Below are positions 1 through 12,759 of a DNA stretch of 64,000 nt, one piece after another. A program made the position numbers and the translations under genes. The DNA is from Felis catus (Eukaryota): assembly GCF_018350175.1 (NCBI RefSeq), contig NC_058369.1, forward strand, positions 2,172,001 to 2,236,000, written 5' to 3'. The notes under the pieces were generated by a model, which was not told where the DNA came from, did not search any database, and saw only the letters and a program-made list of their open reading frames with translations. Positions within the stretch are counted from its first letter, which is position 1, and the number at the start of each line of letters is the position of its first letter.

Positions 1-585
1 AAATTAATGGAAGTTCTCCGCATTTCTGGGACTTCAAGAATCTGGTGTTTTCTTCAGCAGATTAGGGAACATTTTTAGCCATAATCTGTTCAAATAAATG
101 TTCTGCCCCTTCTTCTGTCACTTTATCTTCTGGGACTCCTATGATACGAATATTAATATGCTTTAAAGACTTGCTTAGTTCCCTAAGTCTTCATTTTTGA
201 TTCAATGCCTTTCTTACCCTCTTCCTTTCAGCTTCATTACTTTCCATAATTTTGTCTTCTATATCACTGATTCATTCCTCTGCTTCATCCATCCTCATTG
301 TCATGGCTTCCATTCAGTTTGCATCTCAGATACAGCAACTTTAATTTCAGCCTGACTTGTTTTTAGTTCTTTCTTCTCTGGCGTAAGGGATTCTCTAGTG
401 TCTTCCATGCTTTTTTAAAGCCCGGCTAATATCCTTATAATTTTTGTTTTAAATTCTAGTTCAGACATCTTACTTGTACCTGTACTGAATAAATCCCTGG
501 CCATGACTTCTTCCTGTTCTTTCTTTTGAGTTGAATTCCTCTGTCTTGTCATTTTGGAGGTCAAAAAAAAAAAAAAAAAAAAAGA
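1..585 (-). mobile_element. LINE-1 (carnivore L1) fragment, start of ORF1; continues off the left edge
   Basis: Minus-strand translation MTRQRNSTQKKEQEEVMARDL...MSELEFKTKIIRILAGL resembles the carnivore L1 ORF1p N-terminus; T-run just upstream of the ATG. Confidence 0.8.
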
Positions 586-958
586 TAGATCCTCGCTATA
601 TTTTGGTCTAACTGGAACAACTGGCATTAACACACAGACAGACAAAAACCCTGATGGATAAAAGGGAATGCATGCAGAGGCTCCCCTGATTTTCGGAAGT
701 GGATGTCCACCCAACAGGTGCCATGGGGCAGCAGCAGAGATGGGGACACGTGGACACATGGTCCAGAGAAGACTGGTTAACTAAGAGAAAAAAGTGAATC
801 ATTTCCCTCATCAACTTCATGGACACTAACAAAGTAATGTGGATTTAACTGTCATGGAATCAAATAGAACACAGAGAGGAACTTATCACATGTGTGATTA
901 TGACCTGAGCGATGGAAGAGTTTTCTCACAGAACAACAACCAAATAAAAGGTAATCTA

Positions 959-1180
959 GGGGTGCGTGGGTAGCTCTGTCAATTAAGTGTCCAACATAGC
1001 CTCAGGTAATTGTCTCAAGGTATGAGTTTGAGCCCCGCATCAGACTCTCTACTGTCAGCACAGAGCCTTCTTTGGATCCTCTGTCTTCGCCCCCTCTGTG
1101 TCCATCTCTGGTGTTGGCATGCACAAAGGCATGCACGCATTCTCTCTCTCCCTCTAAAATAAATAAATATTTTTTAAAAG
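959..1180 (+). mobile_element. CanSINE (SINEC)
   Basis: GGGGTGCGTGGGTAGCTC head, CT-rich body, AAAT tail, duplicated flank AAGGTAATCTA. Confidence 0.85.
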
Positions 1181-3419
1181 AAGGTAATCTACACAGGTCA
1201 AGTCTACTAACAGAGTGAAGGGCCATTCCACATGGACAATAGAGAGAAATCATACACCCTGACCTGGAGAAAATACTTACAACACATAGAAATGAAACAG
1301 CATGAATATCCATAGAATGTGAAGAAGACCGAAGATACAAGAAGCACACATTTGAGTTACAGGTGACAATATGCTGGAAACGCTTCCACAGAAGAGGGAA
1401 CCCCACATGTGAGAAATGCTCAGCCCTAGGGGAATAAGAAAAATCAATGTGTGCTCTCAAGGAGACCCCACATCACACACCTGAGCTGGAAAAAATGAAG
1501 CCATTTAACATCCAGTGCCACAAGTGAAAGGAATCAGCACTGATGAGTGATTCTCACACTGCATCCACATTTCTTGCTTTATTTTAACTTAATCTCAATC
1601 TGCAATATGCCATTTTCCCCAATGTGTAAAAATTACCTGCGTTTACATTTGGAGACATGAAACCACTGAGCAGGACTGCCGACAAAAGCAGAAGATGAAC
1701 TTGAGATCTGCTTTGAGCACCTTGTGTCATTTCAATGACACAAAGACCCCATCTCAGCATATAAAGAAAAATGTGCAGAATCACAGCTTCTACACTGTGC
1801 TCAAGATAAAAGAAAGAAGGGAAATTATCAGGCACTTTATGGTTTAAAAAAAAAGGAAACCATGCTTTTCAGAAAACAGGTACCTCTTAAATTTACCCAC
1901 GTGATAGCAATTTGAAAGTCAGAATTGACTACATCCCAGTTTGCAGAATTTGCATGTATCTCTGACCACCAGGAATTAACCAGAAGTATCACATGTTTTT
2001 AACTGTACCCTGCATGGAACAGTCACTAGCCTTCGGTTGAATCCTTTTAATACATGACTACACCCACCTGGCATGAAGGTGTGAGAATCCATGCATTTTA
2101 CCCCACCCTAATAGAAAAAGACATTTTCTGTTCTGAGACACTTTTCCCTAAGTGAACATTCTCTGCATATGTCAGAGAAACACAAGTCAGTAGGAACAGG
2201 AATGACCTAACACACTTACTACCCACTGACCTAATGGGGAAGAAAGGGGCAGAAAAAATTCAGTAACTTTACACATGCTAAACGTGAGGCTGGCATAAAA
2301 GAAAACAATCAGTGCTGAGCTACCTAAGTACAGCACTGCTCACAGGTGACAGGTGACCTGCAGACATCAACCTGAGCTCTTTGCTCCTGGGAAAACCTCA
2401 GTGGAAGGGGAAACGCACGCTCTCCCCATCCTGTTGGAGTCTGGAAAACAGCAAGCTGCAGAGAGGGCCCCTCTTCCCCATCAGACCAGGAGAAGACTCA
2501 CAGAGAAGTCCCCCTTGTTCATGCACGACAGGGCCACATGCAGACCCGCCCTCAAATCCATACTTTGTGCCTCACCCATGATTAGCTCAACTGCTTGTCC
2601 CCCTGACCAAAGGGCACAAAATGCTTGCTGGCCCCACTTTTTTTGGCTTTCTCCTTCCTCCAGACCCCTGAATGTGGGCTTGCTCTCAGGCTGAGCCACA
2701 CACAGCCCCTCCTGGGGACAGGGGAACAGGCTGGCCTCAAGGAACCATCACGTCAGCATCACACCTGCTCATGCCTCCTTTCCTTCCTCCTCTCCTCCCT
2801 TCAGACACTTGCAGGTCTTATGCTCACCATGTTCTCCCCATTGATGCAGCCACTGCCCCTAATACAACAGCAACTCTGCTCCCACTCCCACTACTGGGGG
2901 TCCCTGCCCCCAGTGCAACAGTTCCTATCCCCCCCACCCAGCCTGTGCAATCATTCCTCTCAATACAGGACTCTCCTTACTCAATTCGGATTCTTCATTT
3001 GACACTGCCCAACAACACCCCTTTCCTACCCAAACTTTACCCAGGCCACTGTCCTCCCCACAGGCCCCTGAACTGTGGGTGGCCCACACTCTGAGCCAAC
3101 AAAGCCTTCCTTCACCACAGGGGCCCGATCCTGACAATGGGCTTTCTTGCTCATCTCTGCCACACAGAAAAGCAAAACCTGGTCCCATTTCACTGAAGAT
3201 GCTGGAGGATCCCTGAGACTGCACTTGGTTCTTGCTAGCACTTGTCCTCACTTTTGAGGACACTGAGTGTCCTCAGCCTAGTTCGATCTGAGTTTCTCTC
3301 CCGGGACCACTGTGAGTCCCCTGATCCTCATTCCAAGCTTTACTACCCCTGGAGGTGGTGGTCCTGACTCCTTTCACCAGGTAGGACTCAGCTGATCACA
3401 GGGAAACCGTCAGATAGGG

Positions 3420-4030
3420 ATTTGACGGGACTATGGACACCCGCCCCCCACCCACAGCAGAGTCTTGAGATGGGACCCTGGGACCCACAGGTGGAGAAGG
3501 GACAGGACACCAGGAACCCACCCGCGATCTAGAGCAGAGACTCAGGATGGAAAATCCCAGGAACACATGTGGGCATGTGATGAGACACCGAACACCCACA
3601 CCATCCCTGGCCCAAGGCAAAGGGTTGGGACAGGACCCTAGGGGTCTCCTCAAGGGGAGAGGCCAGGATGCCAGGACTGCACCCAGTGGCCCACTGCAGA
3701 ACATCTGGACACATCCTGTCAGACATCAAGGAGGAGAGGGGACACGGGCTAGGACCACACCCTGTGGCATAACATCTGGACGCAACCCGGGGACTCAAGG
3801 AGGAGAGGGGACAGCAGGCCGGGACGGCATCCCGCGGCCCATGGCAGAGAATTGGATGGGGATCCGCAGGACATGCACCAGGAAAGGGACAGGACTAGGG
3901 AACTGCACCCCACGGCCTAGAGAGGAGACTCAGGTCAGAAACCCGGGACACTCAAGGAGACGAGACAGACGCTGGAACACCACTGCACGACCAAAAGTGG
4001 AGACTCGGAATGGGAGCCACAGGGTCTGGG
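3420..4030. repeat. Degenerate GC-rich tandem repeat (~70-80 bp period) in intron 1
   Basis: GGAGAGGGGACAGGA-like core recurs near 3494, 3655, 3733, 3802, 3880 and 3956; shorter version at ~58270-58620. Confidence 0.6.
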
Positions 4031-4110
4031 AGACCCGGGCCCGCGGCCCCTTCCAGGGGTTCCAGCTGGTGGGAACGAGCCCCTCCGGGTCTCACTTGGG
4101 CTGGACTCAC

Positions 4111-4113
4111 CAT
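4111..4113 (-). CDS. Coding part of exon 1 (ATG only) of a third ZNF77-like KRAB-ZNF paralog whose body lies left of the window
   Basis: Plus ACTCACCATCTCG = minus CGAGATG|GTGAGT, the same motif as exon 1 of genes A (23997) and B (58687), in the homologous CpG island. Confidence 0.75.
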
Positions 4114-4600
4114 CTCGAGGCTCTGCTCCGGGGTTTCCAGGCGTCCTCCACTCAACACTGCGGCCCGGGTGTGTGCGAGCTCCGCAAAGGGGAGCCTGAG
4201 CCCGCGAGGAACGCGGATTCACGTCCATGAGGTGGGATTGCGCCCACCCCCGGGCCTGATTGGATGGTTCCCCGGGCCCTCCTGCCCGGATTGGGCAATA
4301 CTTCAGGTCCTGCGACCTCATTGGATGGTGTTCCAAACGGACCTTTGTGTTTTGATTGGACGGTAATTCCGGGCCCCTGGGGCCCCACATTGAGCAGATG
4401 CCCAATCCCCATCCCCAGTCCTGCCTCCTGCTCCCTGAGTGGCAGGCTGGCAATACACACGGTCCGATCCCTGTGCCCCTAGGTTGCAGAATGCGCTCCT
4501 GGCCTGCTCACCCGCCTGCATCCTCCTGTCCGGGGAGTCTGACTCAGTTTCTCCGCGAAGTCTCCCTTGTCCAGCGCCGGATGGGCACGTGACTAAACAG
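4114..4600 (-). promoter_or_regulatory. CpG-island promoter with 4 CCAAT boxes (unit 1)
   Basis: ATTGG at 4259, 4290, 4320, 4355; CpG-rich; homologous to promoters at 24.0 and 58.7 kb. Confidence 0.75.
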
Positions 4601-4988
4601 AAGGGCTGGTTGATGCTTGTGTTTGAGGTGCAGGGGGGAGGGTGATGGTGCCCTTGTCCCCTGTGTTTAAGAACAATTCAGTGAATGGTGACGTCACCAC
4701 CTGGAAGGCAAGGTCTCCCTGGGTTTTAACCTGACCCTTTGACGTGCCCCCCTCCATGGGATGTGGAACCCTGTGGTCCCAGCCAGGAACAGCCACAGGT
4801 GTGACACCAGGTGTGCGTTATATTCTGCAAGGAAAGACCCGGCAGATGGGAGTTTGTAGTCAGTCCCTGTGAATGTGGAACCAACCAGGCTCTATTTCCT
4901 TCCTCAGATGGTGTATTCATGTGGGACAGCTCTGCGAACATACAAAATAAAAGAACACCTGAATTTTACTTTTGAAAGTGTGAGCACA

Positions 4989-5180
4989 GGAGCACTGGGG
5001 CAGCTCGGTTGGTTGAGCTTCCCACATCAGCTCAGGCAATGATCTCAGTTTGTGAGTTTGAAACCCCCATCTGGCTTGCTGCTGTCAGCACAGAACCTGC
5101 TTCAGAGCTTCTATTCACCTGCCTCTCTGTCCCTCCCCGACTTGGGCACTCTTCCTCAAAAGTAAATAAAAGATTTTTAA
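4989..5180 (+). mobile_element. CanSINE
   Basis: Degenerate head, GCTCAGG..GATCTC..GTGAGTTTGA box B, CT region, A-rich tail. Confidence 0.8.
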
Positions 5181-5299
5181 AAATGTTTAATGTAAAACTT
5201 TCAAAAAAACATTTTAATTAAAAGTGTGCGTTCATTTTTCAAAACAAATTTAAAGGCCAAAATAACCATGAAACCATGCTCCCAGCCACCACTGAAATA

Positions 5300-6400
5300 T
5301 TTTATGTCTCTACAGATTTGCCTATTCTGCATATTTTATATGAGTAGACTCACACTATGGGGCCTGGTGTGTCTGGTGTCTTTCATGCAGCATAATTGTT
5401 TCAAGATTCACTCATATTGCAGAACGTGTCTGTCCTTCATTCCTTTCTGCGGGTGAATCACCATCCGTCCTGTGTCTATGCTGCACCCTGTTCATCCATC
5501 CACGCACTGGGGGACACTTGGGACGTTTCCCTCTTTTGCGGGGAACGCACAGTTTTGCACCTGGCATTCGTGTGCACACATCTGAGTGTCTGTTTCCGTT
5601 TACGTAGGACTGGAACACTTGGGTCACACTGCCATTCTGTGTTTCACTTCTTTTTTTTTTTTTAATTTTTTTTCAACGTTTATTTATTTTTGGGACAGAG
5701 AGAGACAGAGCATGAACGGGGGAGGAGCAGAGAGAGAGGGAGACACAGAATCGGAAACAGGCTCCAGGCTCCGAGCCATCAGCCCAGAGCCCGACGCGGG
5801 GCTCGAACTCACGGACCGCGAGATCGTGACCCGGCTGAAGTCGGACACCTAACCGACTGCGCCACCCAGGCGCCCCTGTGTTTCACTTCTTGAGGAACCA
5901 CCAAACTTTTTTCCACATCAGCTGCCCTGACACTCCCACCAGCCAAGCACAGGGTTCCCCTTTCTCCACATCCTCGCTGCCGCTTCTTTTCTGGATTCTG
6001 GCTCCTAGCCGTCCTCGTGAGTGGGAAGTGGCATCTCATCGTGGTTCTGACTCGCATCATCCTGATGGGAGGATCGTTTCATGTGTCTATTAGACATTTG
6101 TGCGTCATCTTAAGAAATGTCTATTGAAGGTTTTCCTCATTCTCTAATTGGGTCAAGTTTTTGTTATTCAGATATAGGGGTTCTTTGTGTATTCTGCAGG
6201 ATAAAATCTTATACATGCCACTTACAAGGATGTTCTCCCATTTTATGGGTGTCCTTTCAATCTCTCGATAATGACCTTTGATGCACAAAAGATTTTCATC
6301 CTGCTGAAGCCTCATTTACCTACTCTTTCTTGTGATCCCCGTGGTTATCCTGTCACAGTTAAGAAACCTTACTGAATTCAAGTTGATGAAGATTTCTTCC
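5300..6400 (-). mobile_element. Old L1 3' region, interrupted by a SINE; paralogous copy at ~25300-26140
   Basis: TTGAGGAACCACCAAAC, GTGGCATCTCATCGTGGTT and minus-strand ENLLCIKGHY-type ORF2 remnant. Confidence 0.7.
5653..5875 (-). mobile_element. Young felid SINE (SINEC_Fc type)
   Basis: CpG-intact near-consensus copy; TSD CTGTGTTTCACTTCTT; absent from the paralogous site at ~25625. Confidence 0.95.
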
Positions 6401-7814
6401 TGTTTCTATCACTCTTGGGTTACCCAGGAGAGGCCCCCAGGGCTGGGGATTCTCAGCAGAGATGTTTCCAAGGCCTGGAACTGAGATGCTCTGAGAATAC
6501 ACATGTCCCTAGACAGTTTAATGTGCAAGGCCATGGAGTTTAAGGTAATGGAGTTTCTGATTTAAGTGATGACCTTTGATTCCCATGTGAATGTACTTCT
6601 ATATATACATACCTTCATCATTATTTTCCAACATACAAGTTCTTGATGATTGATCATTCTAGGCTAAGTCCTTGCAGCGCACTGTATAGAAAAGGATGGC
6701 TATTATTGAACATTTGTTCCTATTTATAAAACTTAAAAGTATCATTTGTGAAGTGCAAAGAAAAGCTTGGTTATAGTACTGATGGAATTGTCATGACTCA
6801 GCTCCTCTTTCCGTATTGATATGGTGGCAACACTGCTTCTCATTCCTTAGAACATGCTCCACATTTGCATTTGTTTTGGTCTCTTGACCTCAAAGACTAA
6901 TACTTGTACACTTTTTACAAAAGGTTCTCTCCTCTTCATGAGAGTTGTTTTGATTTGTGAATAGTAACTTCATTTCTCACTTGTACTGGTTGTCATTTTT
7001 CCAACTTGCTTTTTCATAGTGAATAGAAGTAGAAATGTAAGGTCATCCTGAATACCTTCTAATTATTTTTTCTCTGGTTACCCTGATATGTTGGTGATGT
7101 TCTATATACACATTCCTTTGGCTAGGAAACAAGACACGTTCCTTCTTTTTTACTGTAATCCTTACACCCGCCTGTCCTGGCGCTGGCTGGGAGATCTACG
7201 ATGCTGTTCAAGGGGACTGCAGTGCTGGGAATTCGTGAGGTGTATACAATTCTACTCAACAAGTGACTCGTAACACATACATATGTATTCCTTCATAAAC
7301 CGTATATGGAGATGTCCTTCAGAATGACTTGAAAGTTCTTATGTATTCCTAAATGACTAAGAATATTTGTCATGCATGAATATTGAATACTATAAAATGC
7401 TTTTTCTCTGCCTACTGAGATAATTTTACATAGTTTTTTTTTTTTTAATGTGGCACTGGGGTGAGTAGCGGTCATTGATTTTGAGCATTCTACTGGAAAT
7501 TATACATGAACAAAAATGCACAAAACATGCACCTAACATAAAATTTAAACAACGAGCATTAATGACATCACAACATGAACAAGAAAGGTGGCCACTGCAT
7601 CCCACATCCTACTTGAGTTGGTGTTCTGACCAAAAATGCACCCTGCCTCCCTGTGGGCTCCAACAACTCAGCATTGAACACTTCATTTCCTTTTGCTTCC
7701 TTACTTTCATCACCTGTGTGCACAATTTCTCCGGTTTCATATTGCATGTAAGCAGAATCAAAAGGCTTGTACCATTTTAAATCAAGTCTCCTTTGTTTCA
7801 ATGTTTGGACTTCT

Positions 7815-8016
7815 TTCTTTTTAATGTTTATTTATTTTGAGAGACAGAGAGACAGCAGCAACAGGGGTGAGTCAAAATGAGAGGGAGGGAGAGAATCCCA
7901 AGCAGGCTCCATGCTGTCAATGCAGAGCCCAATGCAGAGCTCGATCTCGTGAGATCACCACTGGAATCAAAATCAAGAGTTGGACTTGATAGGAACTGAC
8001 TGACCCAGGCACCCCA
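7815..8016 (-). mobile_element. CanSINE
   Basis: TTTATTTATTTTGAGAGA ... CCCAGGCACCCC. Confidence 0.85.
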
Positions 8017-8264
8017 AAATGCTTGGACTTCTGTACTTCACTCATTTGTATTAAACTGTGTCACCCTTGTAGGCTCAGCAATTTTCCTGACTTGATTCAA
8101 CGACTTGCAGCTGTTTCAGTGGTCCCTAGTTTATCCACATGAAACCAAAGATCCCAATAACTTCCTATGCAAATTTGTTTTGAATTACATAAAAATGATT
8201 TAACATTTTTTCAATGTTTTATTTTTTTAATCCATTAACATTTTGAAGACATTATCCGCTCCAT

Positions 8265-8485
8265 TAAAAAAATTTTTTTTTAACGTTTATTCATTTATGA
8301 GAGACAAAGACAAACAGAGTATGAGTCGGGGAGGGGCAGAGAGAGAGGGAGACACAGCAGCCAAAGCAGGCTCTAGGCTCCGAGCTGTCAGCACAGAGCC
8401 CAACGCGGGGGGCTCGAACCCACAAACCACGAGATCGTGACCTGAGCTGAAATCGGACACCCAACCCACGGAGCCCCCACGCACC
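8265..8485 (-). mobile_element. CanSINE
   Basis: GGGGCAGAGAGAGAGGGAGACACAG ... GAGATCGTGACCTGAGCTGAA. Confidence 0.85.
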
Positions 8486-8984
8486 TGTCCTCTCCTTTCA
8501 TTTGCACTATTTCAACTCCATCTCAATGGCCCCAGAGTGATCTCCTCCTGCTCCACCAAGACCTTGTCCACGTGAGGACCCACATCTCAGTGGATGCATC
8601 GCCATCAACCAGTTGTTCCTGAACAAAACAATGGAGTCTCCTTTGACTCTCTCTCAGCCCACCTCTAAGCCAGGCAACTCTGATGGCTCCAACTTCAAAT
8701 TCTCTTTGTGCACCAACCTCCACATCATTGCCACTGCTGCCAGCCCAGTGTGACCCACCAGCTTTTGCGACGTCACCGTCCTGCTCTGTTGTCATGGTAA
8801 CGGTGGGGTCCTGTGAGGGTGGCCCAACAGCTCTTCATGAAGGTCCACACCACCCACCACCAAAGTCAGTATTCCTGGTCAGCCAGTGCATGCAACCCAC
8901 CCTATCCTGACCACTCACTCTGCTGTGGGCACAGTGGCTTCCAGCTGTCCCTCGGATATCCAAAGTCCCCTCCCTGCTTCAGAA

Positions 8985-9416
8985 TGCATTCCTCTCCTGG
9001 GGCTGCTGTAACAGCACCACACACTGGGCGGCTGAGAGGACAGACATTTGTGGTGTCACAACTGAGGTGGCTGGAAGCTTGAGATCAAGTTGTCTGCAAG
9101 ATTGGTTCCTTCTGGAGGCTCTAAGGGACAATCTGACCCACTTCTGGTGGTTGCCAACAACCTTATGCATTCCTTGGCCGGTAGACACATCATGCCAATC
9201 CCTGCTTCTGTCTCACATGGTCAAGCTCTGTCTTCAGTGCAGGCCTCTGTGTCCAAATTTCCAGGTTTTATAAGGATATCCATCACTGGGGGGAAGACCT
9301 ACCCTAATCCAGTGTGGCCTCATCTTCCTTACATGTGCAAACAGTTTATTTCTAGATAAGGCTGTATTCTGAGGTTCCACGTGGATATGAAATGTGGGGG
9401 GTACAATACTGAACCG
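8985..9416. mobile_element. MaLR (MLT1-like) solo LTR; paralogous copy at ~26945-27370
   Basis: GGGCTGCTGTAACA..CCACACACTGGG start, GGTTCCTTCTGGAGGCTCT, TTCTGAGGT, GGGGGTACAAT end. Confidence 0.75.
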
Positions 9417-10859
9417 AGTATGTGTGTGTTTGTACTGCATATACCTTGTCATGAATTTAGGTATTGACTTCCAGTGTTACCTGAAACCATTATTTTACTG
9501 CTTTGTTTTCCTAGATCTTTTGACCATATATACAGCTATCTCTCTAAAATACACCCGTTTCAGACTATATGTATTTGTAAGAAATACATAATCTCCATAT
9601 ACCTTTTCCTTTTGTCCCTTCACTGTACTCCATTTTTCCATGCGACTGTGAAAGGTCAATAAAATAATGTAGATAATTATGGTTCTGCTGAATTATTTCA
9701 TTGTGGGTAAGGCTAACAGCCACTTTTCCCAGAATCCCCATATTCGTGGTTCTAGGTGACAACTCACCGATGGCCTGAGTATTGAAAGTAGAGGTGAAGA
9801 TGCCCTAGTCTAGTGTTGGGGTCACCATACAGATGGACAAATGCATAGGGGCTTGTTTGCCAACAGCCTGCAGCCCAAATTTCTTACTAGCAGCCTGTCA
9901 ATCAAGCATGTACCAAACCAAACACTAACCTTTTCCCCTCCTATTTTCTTAGCAGTCTAGCCTTCCACTCATGTCTCTATGACCCCCCAAATACGGATCA
10001 GATGCCATGGTCAGAAAGCCACAGCTTTGAGTTTTCCACCCAGCCCCACTGTGTCCCCCGAGCCACTGATTTAAACTGTCATGCTTCTTGAATTTCTCTG
10101 GTGCTTTGACTCCCCTTTTCTTAATGACAGTCTTGAGTATGTGTAACATATCATTTGTATAGCAAGCACCCATTCTCTCAGTGATTGTGGAAGACCAGGC
10201 ATCTTGATTCCAGGACAACAGATATAATGGTGCAGCTAAAAACCACATGGGACTCTGACCCTCTACTGCCCTGTTGAGTGTCTGCGCTGTTGTATCCTTC
10301 CGTGTGAGAAATGAGCACCTTCCTCATATCTCAGGCGGGATGTGGGAGATTTCTCTTACTTGAAGCCAAGAATTCAGTAAGTGTTCACTTTTTATATTGT
10401 GATTAAAAACGGTGTGCATTTGTTTAGTCAAACACAAGTTTGTATGCATGTTGCCCAGAAGAAAACTCGTTAATCATTTTTAAACCACCTGTATACTAAT
10501 GAATGTAATTCTCTTTACTTTTCATTGGCTGAGAGATTTTATCAAAATATGCATTTCCACTTATGGGGTGTTAAATCTGTCTGGCTAGTTCCCATGAGAC
10601 AATTCTTAGTTGAAAGTCTCATGCATTCTTGGTCATAATACCAGGTACATTATGATTGTATGGTTGTTTCCCTTCAGGTCAATTTTTAAAATCCTTGCAT
10701 ACGCAAGACTGTCATTAACATGACTGTAGTACATTAATAACTCTAAGATAATGACTTTGCTAAAGACCTCCAAAGAACACCAGGACCATACCTATAGCCA
10801 GAGAGGATCATATTACCTTGGGCATACTTTTGCAAATCCTTTTTTTTTTTTTTTTTTCA

Positions 10860-11098
10860 ATTAAGATTCCATTTTATTCTTTTTTTTTTCTCATTTTTTC
10901 ACGTTTTATTTTTGAGAGACAGAGACAGAGTGCTAGTGGGACAGAAACAAAGAGAGAGGGAGACACAGAACCCAAAGCAGGCTCCAGGCTCTGAGCTGCC
11001 AGCACAGAGCGCAATGCGGGGCTCAAACTCACGAGCTGTGAGATCATGACCTAAGCTGAAATCAGACGCTTAAAACGACTGAGCCACCCAGTTGCCCA
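10860..11098 (-). mobile_element. CanSINE
   Basis: Minus-strand SINEC body; flank TTAAGATTCCATTTTATT duplicated. Confidence 0.85.
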
Positions 11099-11694
11099 TT
11101 AAGATTCCATTTTATTATTTGCTTACATCACCTCTACACACAATGTGGGACTCAAACCCACAATCCAAGACCAAGAATACCGTGCTCTATTGACCTAGTC
11201 AATCACATACCCTGCAAATCCTTTTAAAGGCACCAAAGCAACGATACTTTTCCCTTCGACGTCCAGCCCAACAGGATGTTATGCACCATTGTATGACCAA
11301 ATACCATAGCCAAGAGTACCACCAAAAACATTTCGTCCATAGCTGGAATGTCTTTGGGGCACCTCAGAACTGCAGAATGTTATGGAAACAATGAAGTGTT
11401 TTTATCCCTAATAAGGATAAAAATGAAGAGGCTCCTATGTCCAGAATTTACCAGATGGCATACTTTGGCTGGCTGATGTGGCTGATATTAAGGGTACTGG
11501 TCATTCCACACTTTACCTCCTCGGGGCCAGAGGAAAGCACCCCAGTGGTATTTCCACCACAATCACTGCTCGTGGAAAAAAAAAAAAAAAAGATGTTTTT
11601 CTAAGTCATAATTTAGAAGAAAATCAACCAAAGACACTAATAATGACTCCCAGAAACACAAAACCAGTATCAACTTTAAAAATTGAAGAAGAAT

Positions 11695-11900
11695 GGGCAC
11701 CCAGTTGACTCAGTCGGTTAAGCATATGACTTCAGCTCAGGTCACAATCTCACAGTTCATGGGTTCGGGCCCCACACTGGGCTCCGCATTTACAGCTCAG
11801 AACCTGGCGCCTGCTTGTATATCTCCCTCTCTCTCTCTCTGCCCCTCCCCCATGTGTGTACTCTCTTGCTCTCAAAAATAAACATTTCTTAAATTTTTCA
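11695..11900 (+). mobile_element. CanSINE
   Basis: GGGCACCCAGTTGACTCAGTCGGTTAAGC head, CT tract, AAAT tail. Confidence 0.85.
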
Positions 11901-12759
11901 AAAAACTGAATAAAAAGACAGAATTGATATGAAAATATATCACCCAATAATAAGGACAGAAAAGTAGAGTAGACACAAAATGAGAATATTCCAGTTTCAC
12001 AACAGAGGACAGAAAAGAACTTTCAAAAATACAAGTCTCATATCATGATAATGTAACAAGAACATTTTGGAATGTATAACTCAATAAATTTTCTTTGTAA
12101 AAGTATATAAAGTTATATGTACACACCAGCAACATACACATTTTTATCACCTATGCGTCCAAAAGACATTGTAATGGGAAAGAGACATGTACATAACCGT
12201 GTGATTACTTCAAGTCTGAGGTAACAACATCTAGGTCACACAGATGTAGAGGACAAAGAAGGCCACTTAAAACCATCAGTGTTAACATCAGTGACACGAA
12301 CTAGGAATCCATACACTTGGGATCCCAATCAAGGAAGAGGCACCTGGAAACTCAAAACCATATTCACAACAATGAAAAGATTTCTCTCATGCCTGAATTT
12401 TCATGAACAAAATATATGACGTTCTATACCTGAAGTTTTCCCAAAATTGTGTCCATTCAGGATCATCTCCATTGTACTGGCTCGCATTTTCAGTAAGAAT
12501 TTAAGGGAGAATAAATGCTATGCCACAGTGTGTCTGTGCTCACAGATTCCTGGGACACCTGAAGGCTTTTCCATGGTGCTTAAGTTCACATGGGTCCTCG
12601 AAGGGAGGAGGGACGACTGAAGGCTTTCCCACACAGCAGTCATTCATAAGGTTCTGCCCAGGACTTTGGGACACTGGAAGGTCTTAGCAGAGTCCTTGCA
12701 TACAGAGGCTTACTGTCCACTGTGCAGCCTCACCTGTTCTTGAAGGAAGCGGTGATCTG

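Larger units (their letters stand above)
600..9500 (-). repeat. Paralogous block, copy 1 (intron 1 + promoter + upstream flank)
   Basis: Colinear with 21310-27450 and 55100-60450; shared motifs such as GAGATGGGGACACGTGGACAC, GAGTTACAGGTGACAA, CCCTTTCCTACCCAA, CAGGTGTGCGTTATATTCTGCAAGGAAA. Confidence 0.9.

Noticed and set aside
9650..11570. Possible additional ERV pol remnants downstream of gene A
   Set aside because: Only vague motif resemblance; no boundaries or frames I could support
11900..12700. Polyadenylation sites for genes A and B
   Set aside because: No unambiguous minus-strand AATAAA outside repeats near either stop; 3' ends left unassigned
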